Shown: one piece after another, positions 1 to 14,595 of the stretch | Numbering within the stretch: the stretch's first letter is position 1 | Layout: each line of letters opens with the position of its first letter | NCBI RefSeq assembly: GCF_009914755.1 | Contig: NC_060944.1 | From: the human T2T-CHM13v2.0 reference genome, Homo sapiens | Strand: one strand, 5' to 3' | Length of the DNA stretch: 64,000 nucleotides | Position numbers and translations under genes: made by a program | The notes under the pieces: generated by a model | What the model saw: the letters and a program-made list of their open reading frames with translations, nothing else | Database searches by the model: none | What the model was told of the DNA's origin: nothing

Positions 1-155
1 ATATACGTATGTGTGTATATATGTATGCATACATATATACAGTCATGCATCAGAGATACATAATCAGAAAAGGGTCTCTGTATATACATATGTGTATATA
101 TATGTATGCATACATATATACAGTCATGCATCAGAGATACATAATGAGAAATGGG
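1..155. repeat. 81-bp tandem duplication (2 copies) of TA-rich flank plus Tigger3 terminus
   Basis: cagtcatgcatcagagatacataat occurs at 40 and 121, each preceded by the same atgtatgcatacatatata flank. Confidence 0.85.
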
Positions 156-455
<300 letters not shown>

Positions 456-458
456 TAG

Positions 459-920
<462 letters not shown>

Positions 921-1298
921 TTCAAACATCATAGTGTGCCCTTACACAAACCTAGGTGGTATAGACTACCACACACACATAGGCTATCTGGTACAGCCTA
1001 CTGCTCTTAGGCTAGCATCCTGCATGGCACGTTACTGTATGGAATACTGTAAACAATTATAATGCAATGGTAAGTGTTTGTGTATCTAAACATAAAAGAT
1101 ACTGTAAAAATATGGTATAAAATATAAAGTATGGTATACGTGTAGGGCACTTACTATGAATGGAGCTTACAGGACTAGAAGTTGCCCTGGGGGAGTGGGT
1201 GAGTGAATGTGAGAGCCTGGGACATGACTGTACACTCTATGGAGTTGATAAATGTTGTACACTTGGACTATACCAAATTTATTTTTTTAAAATCTTGG

Positions 1299-1589
1299 TT
1301 TTTTTTTCCTTGAGACAGTCTCACTCTGTCCCCCAGGCTGGAGTGCAGTGACGCGATCTCGGCTCACTGCGAACTCAGTCTCCTGGGTTCAAGCAGTTCT
1401 CTGCCTCAGCCTCCCAAGTAGCTGGGATTACAGGTGTCCATCACCACGCCCGGGTAATGTTTGTATTTTTAGTAGAGATGGGTTTTCACCATCTTGGCCA
1501 GGCTGGTCTTGAACTCCTGACCTTGTGATCCACCTGCCTCGGCCTCCCACAGTGCTGGGATTATAAGGCGTGAGCCACCATGCCTGGCC
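1299..1589 (-). mobile_element. Alu (AluS, Sg/Sc-like)
   Basis: Full dimer, gaccttgtgatcc. Confidence 0.93.
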
Positions 1590-2491
1590 AAAAGGTCTTT
1601 CTTCAGTAATAAATTAACCTTAGCTTACTTTTTAACTTTTTACCTGATAAACTTTTAAATTTTTAAAACCTTTTTTTACTCTTTTGTACTACAGCTGCAA
1701 ACACAAACACTTGGTATAGTTGTACACAAATACTTTCTCCTTTAACTTGCAAGTAGGGTAAAAAAAATTCTCTTTATGTCCCTTATTCTATAACCTCTTT
1801 TCTATTTTTTAATTTTTTAAACTTTTTAAACTTTTTCATTTAAAACCACAACACAAACATGAACATTAGCCTTGCCCTACATAGGATCACCATCTTCCAC
1901 CTGCACATCTTGTCCCACAGGAAGGTCTTCAGGGACAGCACACATGGAGCTGAGCCGTCTTCTCCTATGATAGCAATGCTTTCTTCTGGACTACCTGCTT
2001 GAGGCTGTTTTATACTTATCATTTTTTTCTTAATAGAAGAAATGCACTCTCAAATCATCATAAAAGTATAGTAAACACATCAACCAGTAACTATCATTTA
2101 TTATCAAGTAGTACGTGCTATACGTAATTGCATGTGCTACATCTTGTTTAAGACTGGCAGCACAGTTAACTTTATTTACATGAGCATCACCACGAACACA
2201 TGAATACTGCATTGCACTACAATGTGATGATGGCTACAACGTCACTAGGTGACAGAAGTTTTTCCACTCCACCATAGTCTTACAGGATCACTATCATGTG
2301 AGATCCACCTTTAATTGAAACATCCTTATGTGGTGTATGACTAAATGTGCACACTTCAGAAATATTGAGGGTTTGGTTCCAGACCACTGCAGTAAAGTGA
2401 GTATTGTAGTATGGTGAGTTACACAAGATTTTTGTTTCTTCCAGTGTGTATAAAAGGTTTATTTACACCATACTGTAGTTTATGAAGTGTG

Positions 2492-2908
2492 TGTATTAGG
2501 CTGTTGTTGCACTGCTATAAAGAAATACCTGAGACTGAATAATTTATAAGAAAACAAGTTTAATTGGTTGTGGTTCTGCAGGCTGCACAGAAAGCATAGT
2601 GGCATCTGTTTCTGAGGAGGGCTCAAGAAGCTTACAATCATAGCAGAAGGCAAAAGGGAGTAGGCACGTCACATGGTGAAAGAAGGAGCAAGACAGAGGG
2701 GAGGTGCCACACATGTTCAAAAGATCAGATCTCATGCGAATGCAGAGTTAAAGCTCGTCTATCATCAAGGAGGTAGTGAAAACCATTCATAAAGGATCTG
2801 CCCCCATGATCCAAATACTTCCCAGCAGGTCTCACTTCCAATTGTAATCCAATGGGGAATACAATTCAACATGAGGTTTGGGCAGGGACACATATCCAAA
2901 CTATATCA
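2492..2908 (-). mobile_element. MST (MSTB-like) MaLR solo LTR inside Tigger1
   Basis: tgtattagg...gctataaagaaatacctgagactg...ccaaactatatca; 5-bp TSD gtgtg on both sides. Confidence 0.88.
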
Positions 2909-2984
2909 GTGTGCATTAGCATTGTATCTGAAAAACAGTGTGTATGTCTTCACTTAAAAATGCTTTAATGCTAAAAAACGCTAA

Positions 2985-3296
<312 letters not shown>

Positions 3297-5064
3297 TGAG
3301 TTGCAGTCTTCTTAGTGGTAGAGAGTCTTGCCTAAATGTTGATGGCTGCTGACTGACTAGGTTGGTGGTTGCTGAAGGTTGGGGTGGCTGTGGAAATTTC
3401 TTAAGACAACAATCAAAACTCAAAATTGAAGTCAATCCTCTGAAACCCTCTCTGCTTCTGCTTCATCAACTAAGTTTATGTAACATCCTAAATCCTTTGT
3501 TGTCATTTCAACAAGATTTATAGGATCTTCTCCAGGAGTAGATTCCATCTTGAAAAAACTACTTTCTTAGCTCTTCCATAAGAAGCAAGTCCTCATCCAT
3601 TCAAATTTTATCTTGAGATTGCAGCAATTCAGTCACATCTTCAGGCCACACCTTTAATTCTAGTTCTTTTGTTATTTCTACCATATCAGTGGTTACTTCC
3701 TCCACTGAAGTCTTGAACTCTTCAAAGCCATCCAGGAGAACTGGAATCAACTTCTTCCAAACTCCTGTTAATGCTGATATTCTGGAGTCCTCTCCTGAAT
3801 CCTAAATGTTCCTAATGACATCTAGAATGCTGAATCCTTTCCAGAAGATTTCCAGTTATTTTACCCAGACCCATCACTGGAATCACTATCTATGGCAGCT
3901 ACAGTCTTACAAAGTGTGTTTCTTAAATTATAGACTTGCAAGTCAAAATTATTGATCCATGGGCTGCAGCATGATGTTTTGTTAGCAGGTTTGTAAACGA
4001 CATTAATTTCCTTGTGCATCATCAGTGGCTCTTGGGTGACCAGGTGCATTGTCAATGAGCAGTTATATTTTGACCTAAGCAGTAGGTCCCAACAGTAGGC
4101 TTAAAATATTCAATAAACCAAGCTGTGAACAGATTTGCTGTCATACAGGTTTTGTTTTACTATTTATAGAGTATAAGCAGAGTTCATTTAGCATAACTCT
4201 TAAGGGGTCTAAGATTTTTGGAATGGTAAGTCAGCACTGGCTTCATCTTAAAGTCGCCAGCTACATTCGCTCCTAATAAGAGAGTCAGCTTGTACCTTGA
4301 AGCTCTGAAGCCAGTCATTGACTTCCGCTCAATAGCTATGAAAGTCCTAGATGACATCTTCTTCCACTGATCGCAGAGCAACATAACAGATATAATAGTA
4401 ATGACAAAGTCTGAAATATTGTGAGAATTATGAAGAGGTGACAGAAGGACACAAAGTGAACACAAGCTGTTGGAAAAATGGCACCAATTGACTTGCTGGA
4501 CTCAGGGTTGCCGCAAAACTTCAATTTGTGAAAAATGCCATATCCGTGCCATGCAATGAGGTGAAGCAAAATAAAACAAGGTATGTCAGCATAAAATGCC
4601 ATTTTTAAGTTTAAAAAAAATAATGAAGCAGACAGGTGAATTCACTGCCCAACCTAAGCACTACCACACCATGAATGCTAGTCTGTTCTCCAGCACTCCT
4701 TCCTAGTTCCATTCTGTTTCTCTCTGATTTGTTAGTTTATTACTTTTATATTTAAAAAAAAGTATTTCTACCACATACGCATGTATCCTTAAATAACATT
4801 TGTTTAGTCACTTCAATTTTGTTTAGTATTCAGTCATTTGCAACTTTCCTCTTTTCATCAAGATTGATCTATGTCATCTTATTATCTGTAGCTATTGTTC
4901 ATTCATTTTTACCAGTGTATGAAATTCCACTGGGTGATCATAGCACATTATTTTTGTCCAATGTCTTTTCAATAGATATTAGAGTTGTTTCTATTGCTGT
5001 GCTCTTTGGGAAATGCTGTTGCTAATAGGCTCATGATGGTAAGTTTCAGAAATTCTCTGGGGCG

Positions 5065-5612
5065 GTGTGTCTCCAAATGGGGTCCCTGGACCAGCAGCTG
5101 CAGCAGCATTTGCATCACCTGAGAATCTGTTAGTTCTGTGGTCTTAATATTTCTGTCCCCTCAGATTATATGATGAACTCTTAACCCACATGGTGATGGT
5201 ATTAGGAGATGGGGTCTTTGAGAGATGATTAGGTCATGAGCATAGACCTCATGATTGGGATTCATGATTGGGATTGGAGACTCCTGAGTACTGCCTTGCC
5301 CCTTTCAGCATGTGAGGACACAGCTGAAATTTCCACCTATGAACAAGGAAGTGGACCCTCACCAGGCACCAAATTTACCAGTGCTTTGACCTTGGACTTC
5401 CCAGCCTCCAGTGCAATGAGAGATATATTTCTATTGTTCCTAAACTATCCAGTTTATGGCATTTTATTATAGCAGCTCAAACAGATGAAGACAGTTAGAA
5501 ATACAAATTCTCAAGCTCTAAATCAGATGTACAAAATCAGAAACTCCGAGGATGAGCCCAACAGTCTGTTTTTGTATGTGATTCTGATGTTCTCTCAAGT
5601 ATAAAAATTATA
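5065..5612 (+). mobile_element. MER5A hAT MITE split by an MLT1A LTR
   Basis: ggtccctggaccagcagc...catcacctgagaatctgttag, resuming aaatacaaattctc...tcagaaactc...gattctgatg. Confidence 0.7.
5134..5493 (+). mobile_element. MLT1A/MLT1A0 MaLR solo LTR
   Basis: gtgatggtattaggagatggggtctttg...ttggacttcccagcctcca...aagaca; TSD gttag. Confidence 0.85.
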
Positions 5613-6669
5613 CTAGGAGTTAGCTTGCTCATTCTTGACTCAGTTTACCTTAGTTGTTAAATCTTTTATCTTAGAATATTTCTCAGTTTTATATCTCTTC
5701 AATTCCCTGAAGAGATTAAGATTTTAAAAAGATTTCATTTTTTTATCTCATTTCTTCTGGGCCTTGTAAATTATTCTTCTAAATAATTAATTTATTCCAT
5801 CTTAATCTCTAAATCCTAATCATAGATTTGAGAATTTAGATCTCAAGGATTAATTTTACTTCCCTCCATTGCTTCTACCCTTTTATATCTATTGATTTAA
5901 ATATTTCAGATTTATCTCATATTTATTTTAATTTCTAATTTTCAATCATCTCTAACATTTTTAAGCGCCCATTATTTCTGTATTTTTCACGTTATCTCAC
6001 ATTTTCCCCATTTTCTTATTTTTTAATGTGTTTCATTTTTATTCTTGGCAAGAAATGAGCCTTATAAATTGTGAACAAAGGGTTCATGTTAGAACCAAAA
6101 GATAATAGTGATTTTATTTTTTAACCATAAGTTGCTTTAATACCCTCTTCTTACCTTCCCCCAAAAAAGTCATGGACAGGAAGCTGTGGCAAGTTGAGAT
6201 TGTCTCTTCTTTGAATTAATTTCCCTTGGATAGAATTCTCTTTTCAGCTCAGCTAATTTGACCCAGAGGAACAGTGGACTTTCTACCACCCACATAGGCA
6301 AAGTAAGGAGGACTTTGTTCCTAGGGAGTTCCCTCAAGCCATGTGTCAAATGTCTGTGACATTAGATGGAGTCTCACCAGTGGGTTAAAAGATGCCTAGA
6401 GGAAGCAACAGATGACACATTTTTATAATCTGTAGATAACAATAGCCCTAGAATTTAGGATTTTTATATGAATTTAGGATTTTTTATTTTATTTTTATAT
6501 GAGAAATATGGAACTTCTCAATCAGTGTTTGCATGTAAGAACACCCATTGGTCTTTGTTGACACAAGGAATATTAAGGGGCTAGAGTAGAGAAAGTAACG
6601 GTGCTTATGAGTCACTACTTAAAAAAAAGAATGTGTCAAATATTAGAGACAGAATGATGCAGAAATTCG

Positions 6670-6915
6670 AAACACGAACTTTGGAGCTAGAATCTGCCAG
6701 CTGTATTTTTGGGCAGGGGTCTGGCAGCTGTGAATCCTGCTAGCTGGGTGGCTTTGGGCAACTTTCTTAACTTCTCTGTGCCTCAATTTATTCCTGGATG
6801 AAATGGAAATAATAACATAACTGTTCTATAGATAAAATGGGTTATATGTAACCTATGAACATGGTGCCTATAATTACGTAATAAACACTGTAAATGTGAT
6901 GTTATTGTTGTTACT
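6670..6915 (+). mobile_element. MIR SINE
   Basis: Core ctttgggcaactttcttaacttctctgtgcctcaattt...gaaatggaaataata. Confidence 0.8.
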
Positions 6916-7881
6916 ACTGTAATTACATAATTTACATTTTTCCAAATGTATCATATCCTCACAATGTTGGAGTCACCCTCTAGTGTTTGAAAAAGCCTTA
7001 TTTATAGCCAACATTTTAACATTATTTTAATATTAACTTATTTAAATATTATATTAAATATTATATTTCATATTTTTTGGGAAAATGTTTATTTCTCTGG
7101 AATGAGAGCTTTTAAATAATCCATTAAATATTAACTTAGCTTTTTATTTATTTGAATACATTATGAAGAACTGCAAATCTCTAGAAGTTATAGCTGAGAG
7201 TTTACTACTAAAGAATGCATACATATACATGCACACACACACACACACAGAGTAAAGTAACTTATGATTAGAGGTGCTTTACAATTTAAGTACTAATACA
7301 AAAGAAACACATGAAGTTGGAGTCCACCCTTGATTTTTCTATGGATTTTCCATTAATGGCTTGAAATCCTTTAATGAAGGAGGCCTACTGAGCTGAGTTA
7401 TACACATTTTTGTTAGGGAATAATTAGGTTCATGAATAAGTAATTCAAAATAATGAAGACTTATGAGTTGATGTGAATCATAAACAAGCTGTTATTGTGG
7501 TTGCCCTCTTAGAATTGAAAATTAAAGGATTAGTCATTTCTTTAAGATTGACCTTCTTGGGTCTAATGAAAATATAAGAAATATTTTAGAATAATTTTTA
7601 TGGAAGACTGTTGTCCATCTTTTTCAAAATTCTCAAGAAAATCTCAAAAGAGTCAACAAACAGAGACTATGGAAACAATCCACTTAGAGAGTACTTGACC
7701 AGGCTTAAGAATGGGGCAGTACTGGGATCTGGGAGACTTGGCTTCAGTGTGCTGCCCTAAACTGTTCATTCTGAAGTGCTCTGCAAACCTGAGCCTCCGA
7801 GACAAAAGGAGGCCAAGCTCGCTTCAAGCAATTGTCAGTTCACACCATGGCTGTTTTTCATGAGTTTTAAGGGCTGAAAAG

Positions 7882-8070
7882 GGGGATGGAAAGACAGTTT
7901 CATCTCTCATGCCAACTACAATCAGTGGGTGATGAGTATCTGCCTGGACTATGTCGAAAATGAATCCGAAGTTAATTCCCAGCTCAGAGAGTGCTGTAAT
8001 CAATTAATGGAGTCTGGCATTGCTAGGGAGAAGGATAATCAGCACCCTCACCAGGTATTGGCCATCCCAG
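7882..8070. mobile_element. MER117-like hAT-Charlie MITE
   Basis: Ends gggatgg...ccatccc; internal tttcatctctcatgccaact and gagtgctgtaatcaatta match recalled consensus. Confidence 0.65.
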
Positions 8071-8349
8071 GATAGAGGGATGTCAGAAAGAAAGACAAGT
8101 CTCCTTTGTTCAGTTTGGAAATCATGCTCATTTGCCTGGGTTAATTTTATGTATTGGTTTGCATAATTGAAATGCCAGACTCCTCAGCAGTTTTTTGGAC
8201 CAGATAGCTTAAAACAAATAGCACTATGATGCCTACCTTCTCACAGTTTATAGCCTAAGTGAGCAGGACCTTTGTCTGATTCATTTTTGTTTTGTTATTA
8301 GAATAATGCCTGGCATATAGTAAATGTTTCATAAATTATTGTCATTATA

Positions 8350-8930
8350 TATTCATCGACTATTTTTTGAGCACCATTTTGTGTCTATCCTTGGGTTGGA
8401 TAATGAACGAAACGGAAATGTCATCTGCTTAATGGAGCTTGTGCTTAGTGAGAGGGTTGGGCATCTGATGAATTAATAGGCGAATTGTGGTACATGCTAC
8501 TAGGTCAATGTACTGAGCTCAGGGAGAGAGAAGAATGGTGGAATCTGCATGAGAATAAAGATTTTGGGAAAGACCTTTTGAGAAGAATCTTTTGATTTAA
8601 AACTGAAAGATGGGTAAGAATTTGCCAGCTAGAGATCGTGATTTTGTTTGGAAGAAGATTCCAAACAAAGGAACAGCATGTGCAAAATCTGGGCATGGGA
8701 AAGAATTTGGCATGGGATAAAAGGCTGGCTTGGCTGAAGTATAGTGAGGGAGGGGATAGACTTTAGGATGACCTTGGAGAGATAGGTAGGGCCAGGCTTT
8801 CCTGAGCCTGAAGGTCATATTAAGGAACATGAAATGTACCTTAAGAGTAATGGGAAACCAATAAAGAGCTGGATATGGGTTGAGTTGTAGAAACTATTAA
8901 TATTGATTGACATTTTAAAATGTCACACTG
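8350..8930 (-). mobile_element. L2 LINE 3' portion
   Basis: ttgagcacc...atggagctt...ggaacagcatgtgcaaa...gtaatgggaaacca. Confidence 0.8.
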
Positions 8931-10319
8931 GGAGAAGAATTGGTTGTCTAGGGGAACTTTCCCAAGATTACAGGGGCAAAGCCAGGCTACTCTGCAACGT
9001 ATGGCAATAAACACATAGTGGCTATCTCTTTAAACAAAGCATGAGTACTCCATCTTCCAGGGGTTCACGTCCACTCCCTTTGGCTACATTGGTGACAGTG
9101 GATGTAGAGAGAAATGGATGAATTACTTTGTACTTGGCCTAGTTTACTCCTCAAAATGACCTGCTTTGCTATTGTACAAATGAAGCTGTCACCACTGGAC
9201 CACTATCTTTATTTCAATAACTTCTGTTTACATTTTCTCTAAATTCCCTTTTCCAACTCAAAAGGTTGAAAAAAAGAAGAAGAAGAAAGGCCCACTCTCC
9301 AACTTTCAGAGAGAAATGTACTGGAAGATGAGACAGGGAAAATGGTCTTGGCTATTTGTAGACTTGATCTAATGTCTAGGAATGATAATTAGCCCTGTGA
9401 ATTCCTAAAGGGACTGCTTGAAGTCAAGTTTAGCACATGCGGTGGATTGCCCTCAGAGGTGAGGAAATAACTTCAGTTGAGTCAAAGTGTAGTTTCCATT
9501 GTCTACTTTAGCATGATTCTCCTGCCACTCCATTGGCTGCACCCTTTAACCTTGCTGCAGGAGTTCTCCCAGTTAGTAAATGGTGAGCATCTTAGAACAC
9601 TCATGTGAACTATTCTTATGTGAGAGACAGCATGAAATTGGAATATAGTCTCTAAGCCCAAGTTTCTCGGCAGGCTTTCTGTGACAGTTTGGTCTGCACT
9701 CCATCAATGCAGCTTTATAATGTTGTTAAATTTTGTTAAGGGAGCATTGTGTTAATTAAATCATCAAGCAGATATTGGGTAGCTAAATTGCAATTATTTG
9801 GTCTTTGATCAAAACTCAGGCTTTCTCAAGTAAGTTGGTCAGAGAATAGGACTTTTATTGTTCACATTGCCAGCAGCAAGAAAAATCCATTTTTCCCCAA
9901 CCCAGACATGTTTAAATACATCTTAATTGTCCTGATTACTCTGAGAGTTTTGTTCTCAAGACTTGGCTCCATTTAAAGGGCTGAGTACTTCTTGAGAATT
10001 GTAAGAAAAGCAAATCTGACTGAATAAGGCCAGCTAAGATCAATATTTTTTATTAACTAGTTTTCTTTCATTTTGTACTAAGAAATAATGCAGATGTGTC
10101 ATACAATGGTTATGACAATGCAAAAGTTTTATCTTCTGAAAACATAAGACTCCTGCCACCCTTGAACCTCCAGTTTTCCAGACCCCATTGTCAGAGTGAT
10201 GTTGGACACAATTTCATGTGTCTCCTTCCATAATTAGTCTAAACATGACGTACGAGCTTGTGTATGGACTATGTATGCACATCTATACAGGCTATGCTGA
10301 AACAGATATATAGCACATC

Positions 10320-10681
10320 TGTGTTAGTCTATTCAGGCTGCTATAACAAAATATCTTAAACCTGGTAATTTATAAACAACAGAAACTTATTGCTCACATG
10401 TTTGAGGCTGGGAAGTGGAAGGTCAATGTGCCAGCAGATTTGGGGTCTGTTGAGGGCTCATTCTCTGCCTCACAGTTGATGCCCTCTATGTGTTCTCACA
10501 AGGCAGAAGATGCAAACAAGCTTTCTCAGGCCTCTTTTATAAGGTACTAATTCTGTTCATGAAGGCTCCAACCTTAGGATCTAATTACCTTCTAAAGGCC
10601 CCACCTCTTAATCCTATTGCACTGGGAATTAAGTTTCAACATATGAATTTTAAGGGGGACACAAACATTGAGATTATAGCA
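10320..10681 (-). mobile_element. MLT1A-type MaLR solo LTR
   Basis: tgtgttagtctattcaggctgctataacaaaata...gacacaaacattgagattatagca; TSD acatc/atatc. Confidence 0.87.
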
Positions 10682-10829
10682 ATATCTGTCATTTTCTGCT
10701 CATTGGAGGGCTTCTTTACCTGTTGTGCACTTTGCTTTTTGTACTTAGTTAGCTCTGCCATTGTTTCATGATTCTTGGTAATTTCAATATTCATGTAAGT
10801 AAAGCATTCACTACCCTGAACTCTCAATG

Positions 10830-12930
10830 AACTCTTCCTCAATGATTTTCAGTATCTTGTTTTCTTTATCATGCTATAATCTGGACTTGTCATTGCCAAT
10901 AAAGAAAAACAGCATTTTATTCTCGGACTCCTGAGTCCCACTCTCCAGTCATCACCTCTAGGTTCCCAACAATTCTTCAACCCCAACATGACCTACAAAC
11001 CATTGAGACCACCACTGTTTGTAACCTTGTAACCCCTCAAATCTGCTCTTCCTTTCTTAGCCAGCTGAGATCCCAAAGTCCAATATATACATACATACAA
11101 ATTTTCCTTTACATATGCCCTTAAATTTCTCACCCTTCATTATACACATCAGAGAGAACCGCATCATAGGTTGAATCCAACTTTTGCCTATTTCATGTCT
11201 AAACACAGTCTACTACCTGGCCTGACGTTAAATGTAGAATTGCTAACCCCAAATGGGCCCTCTGCTGCTGATTTTTCTGCATCTTTTCTTTAGTCCATTA
11301 ACTCTCCCATTCTCTTGGGACCTTTTTCTTCCTCTCAAACCTGCAAAATCTCCTCCCCAAACTTGGCTGATGATATTGCTTTTTTATTTTATTTATAAAA
11401 AAGCAATCATAAGAGAGCTTCCACATATTAATACCAGTCACCTACTAACTGACAGGCTCTTCAATTGTATACTCTACCTTTCATCCAGGTACTGCAGATA
11501 AATGATTCTGCGAGCCTGCAGCTAACTTTTGCAGGGCTTGAAGGACGAATATGCTTAGAGATCCCAGCTCAGGTCTAGACGTCTTCTTTTTCAAGATCCA
11601 TTCCCCTCTGTCATGCAAAGAGCAACCCTTAGAAATGTGGTTCATCCTCTGGAAAGTTGGCCTGGGAAGAGGATCTTGTAGGTCTTAGAAGTAGATTCCA
11701 ATTCATTGAACATTACATGGAATGCATTCTAGAAGTGGGGACACTGGTTCCCAGGCTATCTGTGGAGGGGTAAGACATGAGGAGGGTGACATGGAAGCTG
11801 TCTGAAAGCGTGAGGCACGTGCCAAGGGTTCAAGGTGCCAGATCGAAAAGCAGAGTGGCTGTCTGGTCTCACACTAAGAACACACCGCACCACTTGTACA
11901 ATTTTATGCCATCATTTACTTTGATCCCTTCTCTTGATTATGCAGTGAAAGTTCCCACTTTCTCCTGCATCAATGATATTCTCCCATCTCTAGACAGTTA
12001 TCCTCAGCATATACATGTGCTGGAGTTTCATCCATCTCATAAAACCAAAACACTAAACTACCAACTTCGGGGCAGTGTGTTAAGTATGAGATAACTGGAA
12101 AACTATCTAATACACAAGCAGTTTTTAAAATTACTAATCATATGAATGAACAAATACATTTCTCATTGATGTATCATTTTATATTTTATAAAATCATTTT
12201 GTATTATCTTCCTCCTTCTCCCCTATATCTTCGACCCTCCAATAACTAATTTCTTTGCTCACCTACAAAACTCTTTGAACACATAGTTTATACTTGCTGC
12301 CATCACATTTTTCTGTCCTGTTTCATCCTGACTCCATTCCAAGTTGACTTTTATCACTGCTACTCCACAAAACTGCTCTGGTCAAGGTCATCATGACTTC
12401 TAAATTGCTAAAACTGGTAGTTAATCCCCAATCCCATCGTAGCCAATCTGCAACATTCTGGCCAGTTATTCACTCTATTCTGGAGTCATTTCTTCCCTTG
12501 GCTTCTAGGTCATCACTGATTTTGAGTTTGTGTATTTTGATTGCCCTGACTCAGTTGTCAATATCTCACAATAGGAAAGCCCCGAGAAGCTGCTGGCCAC
12601 TTCCTCCCCTGTCAACACTCACATTCTGAATGATTGGGTGTGTTAAATATGCTGTGTGTGCTGATGCCTCTCAAATGTGTATCTCCAGCCTTGATTATGC
12701 CCTAGAAATCGACTCTCACTTTTTATTATTTGCATTCACATGCTTAACGGCGTCTCAAGCTGAACAGGTTCAAAGACAGCTTCTGACCCTTCCACTAACC
12801 CGCTCCAATTGCTGCATCTTATTCATGTCATTAAGTGGGAATCCCATCCTTTCCTTTGCTCAGACTTAAAACCCTAGAGTACCTTTGACCTTTCTATACC
12901 CCACTTCTTGCATATCTACAGATGCTTTTA
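10830..12930 (+). mobile_element. Degraded, fragmented L2 ORF2 region
   Basis: Pyrimidine-rich L2 motifs such as aaaactgctctggtcaaggtcatcatgac and ctctcaaatgtgtatctccagc. Confidence 0.65.
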
Positions 12931-13961
12931 GCTATATACCGTGTATAAGAAGTTTATACAGACTAGGAAATTTGATACTCTCATTTTTTATCACTCCCTC
13001 CCTGAATATGACAAAAACTTTTCCAGTAACTACTGGGAAATGAAGCAAATAAAATAATGGTCTAAAGAAATGCAGACAGGGAAGTTTTTCTTTTATGTTT
13101 TTTATTATATGAACATGCCAGCAAAAATGTATGTAAATGTATAATTTTTATATACATAGTAAGATAGTAATAGTTTTAATGACATTAATGCATTTTTTAA
13201 AAGGGGAAAACCTGTGCCTAGATATTTGTCTTTCTCAGTATCAAATACCATTAGAGCGTTTGTTAAACAAGGTATAAAAATTTTAAACACAAAAGCTCCA
13301 AGTAGTCATATAAAAAGGCAGATTTAAAGTGTCGCATGTTTTGCCGTTTCTTTATTATAATCTCTGGGGTCTCAGTGTTTATTTCACATCTACTCTTTAA
13401 ACGCAGAACGGTGTAGTTCCACTGTGGTTGGAGGGACAAGCTATGCCTGAAGCAAGCTTGAAGGCATCCAAATATTTAAGACTCTGCTCTTGGAATAAAT
13501 GCATGTGATTGAGTCTACATGTGTGCGGGGCCAACTTACGAACAGGGATTTTCCAAATGAACTTTCATTTACAAAACAATGTTTATTAAAGAAAAAGTAG
13601 CAGCAATGTGATAATCTGAAACTTTTATACATTATTAAATAAAACTCAGTGGTAACTACTGCAACTGATTAGAAATAAGATGAATAAAATATGTTTCTGA
13701 GGAAGGATTGTTCTTATCACTGATATTGTTCATAATTTTTGGCATGGTGATAAGTAGATCAAATTGTAGTCATTTCATTATCCTTTAAAAATTATCTGTA
13801 ATCACTGTGTGCCCCCTGTTACCTGTGCCCAGGACAGTCCCCTTCCACACCTGTCCTCTGTTTCCCACTCATTGGAAAAAGAGGTAGTTAGCCTGTGACA
13901 TCAATGGTTGTTTAATGTGAGTCTATAATACCTATACTTGCAAAAAAAAAAATCATGAAAT

Positions 13962-14595
13962 AGTGGCCTACAAAACAGATCAACCCTCACATATCTTTTA
14001 TTTTGACTGTACTGGGCTTTTAAATTAGTGGCCATCATTTAACAATGCAGAGAGTTTGCATAAAAATATGTATTGCTAGCTGCTCTTAAAATACTGGTAG
14101 CTGCTATAACATGGGTGAACCTCAAAAACATTATGCTAAGGGAAAGCAGTCAGAAAACTCTGCCTATACGCATTGTCCAGAATGGAGACGGAAAATAGAT
14201 TAGAGGTTTTCTCATGTGAGAGGAAATGAATGTGATTGCTAATGGAAATGGGAACTTTGTGTGTGTGATAGTGAACGTGTTCTCAATTTATGTTACAGTA
14301 ATAGCTGCACTATTCTATAAATACACTGAAAACCATGGATTTGTATACTTTAAACAGGTGATTTTTATGCTATGTTAATTTAGTCTCAATAATGCCATCA
14401 GAAAAGACAAAAAAAAAAAAAGAACAGTTGGAAGATCAGGTAATACTGATGCCACATTTCCCTATGGTAAAAACTGCTGGTATTTTATTAGGACTTTTTC
14501 TATTTAAATGGATTCTACGCTTTTCTGCTCACCTCAGTCCCTACTAATTCTTCAAATCACTCTCAATCCTGAGGCCAAAGCCCAATTTGTCCCTG
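13962..14595. mobile_element. MER102-like hAT element split by L1MB
   Basis: aattagtggccatcatttaac...cataaaaata, resuming ggaagatcaggtaatactg...catttccctatgg. Confidence 0.55.
14100..14421 (+). mobile_element. L1MB-type 3' end with poly(A)
   Basis: aacatgggtgaacctcaaaaacattatgctaag...tgtatactttaaacaggtga...ctcaataa plus A-tail. Confidence 0.82.

Noticed and set aside
4184-4465. Functional or domesticated transposase (TIGD-like)
   Set aside because: It is a fragment only. The HTH region is deleted and the rest is interrupted by stops and frameshifts.
7932-8075. 47-codon ORF MSICLDYVENESEVNSQ... with a donor-like site
   Set aside because: It lies within a MER117-like MITE and resembles no protein I recognise.
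11510-11880. More GC-rich insert interrupting L2
   Set aside because: Probably an old hAT/MER element, but I could not match it or find ends, so it is not called.
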